Positions 1-60,118 of a DNA stretch of 64,000 nt are shown here, piece after piece. The notes under the pieces are model-generated. The model ran no database searches, was not told where the DNA came from, and saw only the letters and a list, made by a program, of their open reading frames with translations. The stretch lies in assembly GCF_018350175.1 (NCBI RefSeq), contig NC_058368.1, positions 204,106,001-204,170,000 of the forward strand, given 5' to 3'. Source of the DNA: Felis catus. Taxonomy: Eukaryota. How positions within the stretch are numbered: the first letter of the stretch is position 1; the number at the start of each line of letters is the position of its first letter. The translations under genes were made by a program, and so were the position numbers.

Positions 1-105
1 TGGGGTCGTGAGTTCAAGTCCCACGTTGGGTATAGAGATCACATACACACATACATACATACATAAACAGCACCGTGGGTTCTTTTACCACCATTGCCAT
101 CGTAC

Positions 106-49553
<49,448 letters not shown>

Positions 49554-51811
49554 GTTCATATGAGCTCCCAACTTCCTGAATCCCAAATTTCCTTGAGGGT
49601 AAATCACTAAGAAGAAAGAAAATAAAATATTTATATGCCAAGAAAAACATACTTTGTCATTTGAACATCAAAAAATTTTTTTAAAAAATACTAATTCAAA
49701 GAGCTTGGAATATAACAGCTGTATGTGGGCATCTACAGTGAATTTTATTTGCCAAGTCCTTTACTTAGAGAAGATGCTTCAAAAGTTTGTTTCCAATTCA
49801 TATATTTAAAACTCGGAATACATTCTCCCACTTAAAACTGTGGTTATAAACTCACTATTCAATTCCAAGCCTTGGTCACCTTAATTGATCCTTAATGTAG
49901 CAGGGAAGCTAAAAAAGAAAATTGCTATAGAGTCCAATCACATCTTACATGAAAGTTATCTTCTAAGTCTGCATGCGCAGCAAAAATTGCATAGTCACCC
50001 TTGGATTTCCCTTAAATTGTCTATAATGCTGTATAGTACAATAGCAACTTGTTTAGCTACAAATGTTGTACAGAAAACACTGGCAACCTATTCAGTGCAG
50101 CAAGATGCTTATCCTGTAAGACCCCCTGAATTGAGCCTGAGTGAACATGAGATTCGTGTCTGCCAAGTGCTCATCTCAAGAAAATTAAGCATGTGTGGGA
50201 TATGACTCCAATTTTAAAAAAGAAGAATGTCAATATCACATAGGTTTGTGCTTGTAGATATGGGTGTAACTAGGAACTCTTCCATCAGTGGTTCTCACAA
50301 GCGGCCACTTTGCACCAGCTCTAACTGGGCTGGATGGAGGATCACTGACCTTTGCTGTTACTGACCTAAGCTTCAGTGGCAACCTCCATTGTTCTCCATG
50401 GCAGATCCCCAGGGGTGCATGGAAGGCACGCCCACCATCCCCTTGATTCTCAGAGTTCCCCCATCCTTCTTTTCTTTCCTTCAAAATCAGGAAGCAGAAG
50501 ATTTGGAACTCTCAGTCAAATTCAGCTAACTCCACCAACTACACTTTTAGGCTCTGCCCCATCATGTGGGCCCTCAGGGGGCCCAGCACCCAATCCCAGC
50601 AGTTCCATGAACATTCTTCCAGTCTCCAGAGGAAGAAAGGTCTAGTTCACTCAGAACTGCTGCCACAACTCCCTGAAGCAACTTCTTACAAATACCAGAA
50701 AGCAACACGGGGGATGGAAATCCTTAATCCAGATGGTGCTTATTCTTAAAATGACCTTTAATTCAACAAACACATATAGAGGGCTGAGTTTCAGAGTCAC
50801 AGTCATTAGAAGCATCTGTGGAATCAAACTGGAATAGATCACACGCTCTGAGATAAGAAAAGTCAACAAGTAATAACACTACAGAGTAAGGCAAGTCCAA
50901 AGTTCTTTGAGGGATCAAAGGAGATTATGTCCTTCTACAGAGCTCAGGAAAAGAAAAAAAACACATTTGAGATAGAGAGAGTAATATGAAAAAAGCTAAG
51001 GAAGAGGAAGTATGCAAGATGGGTTCAGGCATGCAATCAAAAATGTATAATAATGCTTTGCACTTGAACAGGTTTTTAGATTTTCAGTGTTTCCACATGT
51101 CATTTCATTTCAATCCCAAGCACCCCTGAATCCCATAAATACACTCCTCATTTATTCATGGGTCACTTCTGGGTTGTCCATGGCTGAAAACAGAGAGCCA
51201 AAAATTCGAAACTCAGCCACATATTCAAAACAGTCACTGAATCTATGCCAACAACCAAGGGAGATACAAAGATATATAAAAGGTAATTCTTGCCTTGGGG
51301 GAGATTTGTCCTACCATTACCAATGACCTAGTCTTATCTCCGCCTCCCCATTCACTCTAGTTTCTCTTCTTAGATCATCCCAGCTCCCCAACAACCACTG
51401 TTCTCATGGGGCTGATGAGGTTTACCCAGACCTCATCTGGGAGAGAACAAAGCTAGATATAATAGCGCCCGTGTATTGTCTAAGTTGGCCACTTCACTCC
51501 CTGAATCTCTCTGCACCTCAGTCTGCTCATATATAAAAGCACAAGAAAGTTTGTTTGTAGGGCCCCATTAGGCTCTAAAACATTTATGAATAGATAAGAT
51601 TTTACAATGTTTTAAAGCAGAAGTCCTGTTTCGGGCCATCTGGAAAAACAGCCTTGCCTACTTGGAAAATGGTAATTTGATGTTGAATAGATCCCTAGCA
51701 TCAGATGGCAATTAAGGCAGAGGACTTCAGAGGCCAATTTCGCCCCAAAATCCCAATTTATTTAAGTTATAAACATGTAAGACAGTGAACAGAAAGTAGT
51801 TTTATTGGTAA

Positions 51812-52205
51812 GGCACCAATTGGCTCAGTTAAGTGTCTGCCTTCAGCTCAGGTCATGATCTCACGTTTCTTGAGTTCAAACCCCATATCGGGCTCTCTAC
51901 CGTCAGCACACAGCATGCTTCAGATCCTCTGTCCCCGCCCCCCCTCCTGTCCCACTTATACTCTATCTTAAAAATAAATTTAAAAAAGGCACCTGGGTGG
52001 CTCAGTCAGTTAAGCGTCTGACTTCAGCTCAGATCATGATCTCACAGCTCATGAGTTTAAGCCAGGTGTCAGGCTTTGTGCTGACAGCTTAGAACCTGGA
52101 GCCTGCTTCAGATTCTGTGTTTCCCTCTTTCTTTGCCCCTCCCCTGCTCACACTGTGTGTCTCTCTCTCCTTCAAAAATAAATAAACATTAAAAAGTAAA
52201 TAAAC
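51812..52205 (+). mobile_element. Tandem Can-SINE pair
   Basis: Two heads; outer TSD agaaagtagtttt(.)attgg. Confidence 0.8.
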
Positions 52206-53049
52206 AAATAATGTTTAAGAAAGTAGTTTATTGGCAAGAACAGTCCCTATCGCTAAGACTAAATTAAATACAAATGACCCTGAAATATATTCAGAGAATA
52301 TTTGAATTTCCCCTATCATTATTTTAAAGCTATTTTATTCATGTGCTTCTATGGCTTTGAAGCAATGGGGGAAAGCTTTACAACTCAAAACTGAAAAAAA
52401 AATTTAGTATACCACTCATACAGCAGTGCAATGTAAGTTATTTGGGCAACTATCTCCCCTAATAGGTACTAAAACTCTTGAGGGCAAGCACGTCAGAATG
52501 ATGACAGCCTAGGAGGCTAACAAGGTGAACTGTGGGTTGCAAGCCCTCATTCTGCAATTATTAGCTGTGTCCTTGGCAAGTCAGTCACTTACCTTCTCTG
52601 AACCTGATTTTCTCATCTTTAAAATGATAATAGCACCTGTGTTATATAGGGTTGTTGTAAGGAGTAAAAGGACACAATATCTTTATTGCTATTACTACTC
52701 ACTTTGGTATTACCTCCGGCCCGGCGCTTTGCACAAAGGAGGAGGACAAGTACTTTTTAACTGAATGAATAAATAACTAGGACTAGGTAACCTGAAACCT
52801 GCGTGTCTATAAAAACACATTCTTTCTCCAGAGTTTCAGGAAATTTCCTTCAAAAACGAAATGCTGTGTAGCCTTGCGGAAGATTGATTCCATCAGCAAA
52901 GGTAAACAGCTTAGCACATTGCTGATAAAAAAGTAGTCCTAAACTGTCCATTTAATAAAAACATTTTTTAAAGCCAGGTTTGCAAATAAAAGGTGTGCAA
53001 CAGAGAAAAGGGGAATATTTTTTCTTCTTTAATTTTTTTATAGTTTCAG

Positions 53050-53420
53050 GTTTTTACTTAAATTCCAGTTAGGTAACATATAGTGTAATATTAGTTTCAG
53101 AAGTAAAATTTAGTGATTCATCACTTACATATAACACCCAGTGCTCACCACAACAAGTGCCCTCCTTAACCCCCATTACCCATTTAACCCATCCCCCCTC
53201 CGGCAAACCTCAGTTTGTTCTCTAGAGTTAATAATCCAGTTAAGAAATGGGCAGAAGTGGGACACATGGGTGGCTCAGTTGGCTAAGCGAGGGACTCTTG
53301 GTTTCCGTTCAGGTCATGAGTTGGGAGCCCCAGCACGAGATCTGTTTGGGATTCTCTCTCTCTCTCTCTCTCTCTCAAAATAAATAAACATTTAAAAAAT
53401 GGCAGAAGACATGAACATTT
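53050..53420. mobile_element. Short L1 with 5' inversion, carrying a nested SINE (53259-53398)
   Basis: Minus-strand L1 3'UTR (53055-53230) joined to a plus-strand ORF2 piece ataatccagttaagaaatgggcagaag..acatgaac that is split by the SINE. Confidence 0.75.
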
Positions 53421-53886
53421 TTAAAGAGGGAAGCACTTTAATAAAAGCATGCAAACACCATGGGAAGAGTCTGTCCTAAAAGACTCCTTATAAAGAGATG
53501 GCTTTAGGACTGCCCTGCACCACAGGGCGAATAAAGGACGCCTGCCACCGTAAACAAGTTACGTTTTTAAAGCGAAACATACCAACCAAGGACACAATAC
53601 CCTACAGAAGCTTAGACTGGCAGGCAGCGTGACCTCGCCCAAACCCACCGGTCCCGCCCCTCCTTGGGCAACTACACTACAGCTTGGCTGGCATCTGCGC
53701 GGGACCGCTATTTATAACCTTCCCTGGAAGCCTATTGGCCCCGGTCGCTTTACAGTCATTCCTCCTCCGGGGTTCAGATCAGCTCTGCCCCCACTGCTGT
53801 CTCCTCCCGGTCGCCAACCCGGGTCCCTCTCTCTGCCTGGATGAAGTTTGCTCAGACCACCAACCCTCACAGACATACACACTCAC

Positions 53887-54005
53887 AACTTTCGCTCGCC
53901 ACCTCCTAAGTCACCAAACGATCGCCGACCCTGAATTCCCTCAAGGTTCAAGCACAATTTCGGGGCGTCCAGCTACCACCTCTCTGGGCGCACCCTCTAT
54001 GGAAA
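53887..54005 (-). other. NNT: Candidate alternative non-coding exon 1b of NNT (5' end unknown)
   Basis: Donor AAGTT|GTGAGT at 53886, ~520 bp downstream of the exon 1a donor. Human NNT is known to have two alternative 5'UTR first exons. Confidence 0.5.
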
Positions 54006-54408
54006 GTCCTCTATGACCTCCCCCCTCCTCCCATTTTGCCGGTCGAAATGACCCCGTAGGACTCCCGCTGTCCTCCCAAAGCTCCAAGACCTGCACCTAC
54101 ACAGCTGCCGCCTCGTTCCCGGCCCTCTGCAAGGACCCAGTTTCCCAACCACCCGCCCGCTCCCTTCCACGTCGCCCCGGCAAAAGACAAGGAATGGGGC
54201 CCTCAAGGCACGGTTCTCCTTCCGGACCCCAGCCTCTGGCCTGCGGGCGCCCGGGTACACCCCACATCCAGGTCCCTACCGACCCCGCCCCCTTCTCCCT
54301 GACAGGTCTCCTCCCCTGCGGGGGCCCGGACCATCCCCAACAGCCCCGCGCCCCCTCCCCAGCTGTGCCCCAAACGCGCGCCAGGACTGCCCGCGCCGCG
54401 CGGCTCAC

Positions 54409-54511
54409 CTTGGCTGGGAGGCAGGGCGGCCGGGCAGCGCGCCGCGAGGGAAGCCGCGCTGGCAGCCCTGGGCTCGGGACCCGCGGAGCTGCGCCTCCAA
54501 CCCGGAAGAAC
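54409..54511 (-). other. NNT: Candidate non-coding exon 1a of NNT (5' end approximate)
   Basis: Strong donor CCAAG|GTGAGC at 54408 inside the CpG island. The exon is ATG-free and GC-rich, and begins near the ETS motif CTTCCGG. Confidence 0.75.
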
Positions 54512-56380
54512 AGCCCCAACCCGGCGGCGGCGGAGGCCACGTGACGGCGGCGCAGCCCCCCCCCCCCAACCCCCACCCCCAAGCCCCCTCCTCCGCCCGG
54601 AGCCCCCTCCCCACCAGGCCCTTCTGCCCTCCGGGCCCCCAGAGCCTACCGCCCTCCCTCCGGACAAGAAAGCGACCGCACCAAACGCCCCCTTAGCGCG
54701 CCAAGGCTAGTTACCCCAAAGGGCCCTCCACTCCTGGGTGGCAACCAAAACCTCTTTGTCTTGGGCTTGACCCGAGGCCCCCTGCCCCGCCTCCGCGCCT
54801 TCCCTCGGCGCGTCCTTGTCAATCAAACCTGGAGCCCAACGCGGCCGCTGAAGTTTTCAAGGCTACATTTGCTCTCTCCCCTGGAGAGCCAGTTACAATC
54901 CCAAGTGTGATTTCCTCTCTAGTGTCCCACCAGAGCAAGTAAGAGGGTAATATAATTCCACTTTGGTACCTTTCCTCTAGCACTCTAGGAAAAATCAGAA
55001 CTTCTGTAACAGAAGAGGACCAAAAGGAAAGTGGGAGGAGGCCAAGGGGTGGTGAAGGGCGGGAATGAGGGCGTTGTTGTTCCTTTTTGCCGGGAGAGGT
55101 GGAGTTAAATTCCTCGGAAACGATGTCAAGGCCCGAAAATTAACACACGTCTACGTATTCGTCTTCCCCCGATGGGCCCAGAGAAAGCCGTGTGCTGCTG
55201 GTAGTATTAATATCCAACGGCTAGAGAGCGTCTTTGGTGGACCTTAAGTGTCTTGAGAAGGCCTAGGTTGACTTCAGCAAAACATGAGCCTATTTGTTCT
55301 TTGCGCATAGTTGTTAGTCTGCAGGTGTTTTCTGATTGAAAGTGGGAAGAATAAAATTTACAGTATAAAATGGTTCACTTGCCCAAAGCTGAATCATCAT
55401 TAAGTGTCAGCATGGTCACTGCATTTTACTTCAAGTGAAATATTTGAGATTGGCAAAACAGATATTCCTTTAGAAAGAAAGAAAGAGAGAAAGAAAGAAA
55501 GGTCAGAGAAACCCTTCCTTTAAGAACATCTCTTGTGTTTAACCAGCATAAAAGGTCATTCAACTAATGGACTTTCACTGACATCCAGAGGATGTCAAGG
55601 GAAAACACTGCCCCACTCGTGAAAGCTCACAGACAAGAAACGACACAAGCCCCATGTTTTAAAAACTATAATGAACTATGATAAATGCAACCATAGAAAC
55701 AGGTTCCAGATACTGTAGATTCAATGAGGCAGAAGTAACTGATAAGGATTAAAACTAAACCCCTTTCACGATATATGTAAGTCAAATCATTATGCTATAC
55801 ACCTTAAATATATACAGTACTGTATGTTAATTATATCTTGCGGCGCCCCGGTGGCTCAGTCAGTTGAGTGTCCGACTTCAGCTCAGGTCATGATCTCATG
55901 GTTCATGAGTTCAAGCCCCACGTGAGGCTCCGTGCTGACAGCTCGGAGCTTGGAGCCTGCTTCGGATTCTGTGTCTCCCTCTCCCTCCGCCCCTCCACCA
56001 CTTTCTCTCTCTCTCTCTCTGTCTCAAAAATAAAATGAACATTAAAAAAATTAAAAAAGAAAAAAATAACTATATCTCAATAAAACTGGGGGGAAAAACT
56101 AAAACTGGAGGGAAAAAAAAACCCACTTGCTTTAAAACCTGGTGGCTCAATCCAATCCTGCTCTTGGTTTTCTGCTCGGGTCATGATCTCCTAGTTTGGT
56201 TTGGGAGTTGGAGCCACCTTGGGCTCCAGGCTGACAATGTGAAACCTGGTTGGAATTCTCTCTTGCTCCATCTATCACTCACTCCCTCTCCCTTACTTGC
56301 ACACACTCTCTCTCTCAAAATAAATAAAATAAACACTGGGGGCAGGGGTTTGCTGCTTTTCTCTTTCAAGGCTTAAAAAT

Positions 56381-56812
56381 CAGTGGTTCCCAGGGGTGCC
56401 TGGGTGGCTCGGTCGGTTAAGCGGCTGACTTCGGCTCAGGTCATGATCTCACGGTCCGTGAATTCGAGCCCTGCGTCAGGCTCTGTGCTGACAGCTCAGA
56501 GCCTGGAGCCTGTTTCAGATTCTGTGTCTCCCTCTCTCTTTGCCCCTCCCCTGTTCATGCTCTGTCTCTCTCTGTCTCAAAAATAAATAAACGTTAAAAA
56601 AAATTAAAACAAAAAATCAGTGGTTCCCAGATAGGGACAATTTTATCCCACCATGTCTGGAGACATTTTGATTGTCACAACTGCAAAGGGGAGGCATCTA
56701 ATGGGTAGAGACCAGGGATGCTGCTAACCACCCTTCATTACACAGGACAGCCCCTTACAACAAAGAATTATCTGGCCCCAAACATCAATAGTGCTAAGAC
56801 TGAGAAACCCTG
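56381..56812 (+). mobile_element. MER20 hAT DNA transposon interrupted by a SINE
   Basis: cagtggttc...atgtctggagacatttt...acaacaaagaattatctggcccc...tgagaaaccctg; SINE TSD aaaaatcagtggttccca. Confidence 0.85.
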
Positions 56813-56838
56813 GCTTAAATAAATGCTCAATGTGTTAT

Positions 56839-56898
56839 TCAATTTCATCTTCTTATGATTATAGCACATCAATTTCATCTTCTTATGATTACAGCACA
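56839..56898. repeat. 30 bp tandem duplication (1 mismatch)
   Basis: tcaatttcatcttcttatgatta(t/c)agcaca x2. Confidence 0.92.
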
Positions 56899-57813
56899 TT
56901 GGAAGAAATCCAAGGAGGACATACCACTTCTCACTTTTTCTATTAAATGGTAAGTATGTGGTAATTTTTAAAATTCATTCTTCTGGGGCGCCTGGGTGGC
57001 TCAGTCGTTAAGCGGCCGACTTCAGCTCAGGTCACAATCTCGCGGTCCGTGAGTTCGAGCTCCGCATCAGGCTCTGTGCTGACAGCTCAGAGCCTGGAGC
57101 CTGTTTCGGATTCTGTGTCTCCCTCTCTCTGACCCTCCCCCATTCATGTTCTGTCTCTCTCTGTCTCAAAAATAAATAAATGTTAAAAAAAAATTTTTTT
57201 TAATAAAATTCATTCTTCTCATTTATCCAACATAACTTGGGTGCCATTGCTTCAGACAAAAACATTTGTCATTTGGAAGGTTCTGTTTTAGGCCCTAATC
57301 TCCTACAGAATAATTACAAAATATTCCTAGGAGTCCCCAAAGAAAATTGGATTAAGTTCCAAAAGTTTGTAAGTTAGTTGCTTCTGAATCTTAGAAACTA
57401 CCTTGTGTAAAATTTTTGCAAAGATTTTATATCCCCTGTTAGGTTTTAAGGGCTTTGTCCACTTCGATATCTGCTTCTTCCTCCAGACTTTCTCCACCTG
57501 CAACCCTCATTCAGAAAAGTATATATGCGTGTATATATATATATACATATATGCAAATTTTCATTATAGATTGTTCTATGCTTTTAATACTTTAATAATC
57601 ACTTAATTTAAATTAATAAAAACTTAAATGATAAATATTTAATAAATACTTAATGTAGGGGTGCCTGGGTGGCTCAATTAAGCGACCAACTCTTGATTTT
57701 GGCTCAGGTCATGATCTCATGGTCCTGAGATCAAGCCCCATGTTGGGGCTCCAAGCTGGGCAGGGAGCCTGCTTAAGATTCTCCCTCTCTGTCAGCCCCT
57801 CCCCTGCTCACAC

Positions 57814-57856
<43 letters not shown>

Positions 57857-58580
57857 CTTAAACTTGGACAATCCAATTTTATTTTTTTTAAGATCTATTT
57901 TTACATAATCTCTACACCCAACGTGGGGCTCAAACTCACAATCCTGAGACCAAGAGTCGCATGCTCTACTGACTGAGCCAGCCAGGCTTCCCTGGGTGGA
58001 TCCAATTTTGAACATTCAAATTTAAACCCCCTGAAATTTAGGAGACGTTGTACCCACAAATGCTTAAAGACAGTATTTACTATCTTTAGTAAATATTTAC
58101 TGGGACTCTATAGATAGAGTCCTAATCTATCAAAATCAAAAAAGATTACATCTTTAGAAGAGTGTAACACACCATTAGGGTCTGCTTTGAGGCCTCAAGC
58201 CAGAGAGGTGCCCAATAGTCAAAAATCAAAATGTAGACTGAGCCTAAGAAAATCTGTGATCAAAAACCGAATCCTAAAGAGGACATGTTAACAAAACCCT
58301 GCATCCAGTTAAAACCTGGCCAGAGAATGGGTCAATTAAATGTGTTTTCATTGTGATTATTATGTTCAACAGTTATCAGTAGTTTATAGTTTCAAGCTTC
58401 CCTTTTACAAGTAAATATTAGCAAAGTGAACAACTCCAAAGAGAACGTATTCTTAGACTTCAGGGATTTTGAATAATGTAGACACTTGACTGATTTTAAG
58501 GAAACCATCACTAACCCCCATCTCAGCCCTTTTCTCCCAGCAAACCAACCAAGATATGTTGATTTTAAGAAACAAATATC

Positions 58581-59196
58581 GGGGCGCCTGGGTGGCTCAG
58601 TCGGTTAAGCATCCGACTTGGCCTCAGGTCATGATCTCACAGCTTGTGAGTTCGAGCCCCACATCAGGCTCTGTGCTGACAGCTCGGAGCCTGGAGCCTG
58701 CTTCAGATTCTGTGTCTCCCCCTCTCTCTGCCCCTCCCCGGCTCATGCTCTGTCTCTCTCTGTCTCAAAAATAAATAAAAACATTTAAAAAAATTAAAAG
58801 AAACAAACATTAACTGATTAAATTAACTTATACTCTTCCACATTAATTGAAAACAGATCAAGGAGAAGTGACCTTAAACAGCTAGGACAAAGCTAAGTAA
58901 TTGGCAGTTTATTTAAGTAAAACCAGTTTGTATTTAGAATTGTTTAGAACTAACTCTGCATACCTTTGTGGATATTCTCCCCATATAGTAAGTGCCAATG
59001 ATGAAAATCTATGTTTTTTAAAAATATCTAAGAAATTAGGGGTGCCTGGGTGGCTCAGTCAGTAACGTGTCTGACTCTTGACTTTGGCTCAGGTCAGAAT
59101 CTCATGGTTCATAAGTTCCCGACTGACAGTGCAGAGCCTGCTTGGGATTCTCTGTCTCCTTCTCTCTCTGCCCCTCCCCATGCTTGCTTGTATGCG

Positions 59197-59236
<40 letters not shown>

Positions 59237-59260
59237 ATATATAAACTTTTTTTTAAAAAA
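58581..59260 (+). mobile_element. Two Can-SINEs (58581-58800; 59039-59260)
   Basis: Consensus motifs. Confidence 0.85.
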
Positions 59261-59327
59261 TCTTATAAAAAATGATTTATCTAATGATAACTTTGGGGGC
59301 CCCGGGAAAATGGTGAGAGATAGGGCC

Positions 59328-60030
59328 ATATTAGTATCTTAGGGCTGCTATAACGAGTTGCTACAAGCTGAGTGGCTTAAAGCAACAGACATGCATTCTC
59401 TCAGAATTCTGGAGGCCAGAAGTCTGACATCAAGGTGTCAGCTGAGTTGATTCTTCTAGAGCGTCTGAGGCAGAAACTGTGTCTATCTTCTGGAGAAAGC
59501 TTCTGATTTTCAGCAGTCCTCCGGTCCTCCTTGGCTTATAGACACATGACACATGACTCCCGATCTCTGCCTCCTCTTCACATTGCCACCCTCTCTGCAT
59601 GTCTCTCTGTGCCCAAATCTCCATGTTCTTTCTCTTATAGACACCAATCAGCTACGCCTTGGTGGCTTAGTTGGTTGAGCATCCAACTCATGATTTTGGC
59701 TCAGGTCACGATCCCAGAGTCATGGGACTGAGTCCCATGTTGAGCTTCTCTCCTTCTGCTCCTCTCCCCCACTGGCATGTGCTCTCTCTCTCTCTCTCTG
59801 GAAAAAAAAAAAAAAAAAATTAAAAATTAGAACAAATCAAGTTTCTTTGGGTGTTTCCCTCACCTGTAAAAAAAAAAAAAAGAAAAAAAGGACACCAGTA
59901 AATGTAATTAAGGTCCACCCTAAATCCAAGATGATTCCATCTCAAGATCCTTAACTAATTACGTCTGCAAAAGCTGTATTTCCAAATAAGGGTGGTGATA
60001 AGTTGTGGGGGACACTATTCAACCCACTGA
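59328..60030 (-). mobile_element. MaLR LTR (MLT1-like) interrupted by a plus-strand SINE (59653-59890)
   Basis: tattagt..ttagggctgctataac...ggcttaaagcaacaga...ttctggaggccagaagtctgacatcaaggtg...gggggacactattcaacccact. Confidence 0.8.
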
Positions 60031-60054
60031 AGGGGCATTCTGTGTCTTTTTTAA

Positions 60055-60075
60055 TAAATTTTTTCAATATTTATT

Positions 60076-60118
<43 letters not shown>

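Larger units (their letters stand above)
53600..54860. promoter_or_regulatory. CpG island / NNT promoter
   Basis: Sharp rise in GC and CpG content. Contains GC boxes, E-box CACGTG (54538-54543), ETS/GABP CCGGAAG (54502-54508) and a MEF2-type CTATTTATAA (53708-53717). Confidence 0.9.
55780..57992. mobile_element. Upstream SINE cluster (+ 55842, 56138, 56393, 56985, 57658; - 57880-57992)
   Basis: Consensus motifs, TSDs. Confidence 0.8.

Noticed and set aside
53629..54667. Several overlapping Gly/Pro/Arg-rich ORFs
   Set aside because: Expected stop-codon scarcity in a CpG island; no recognisable protein.
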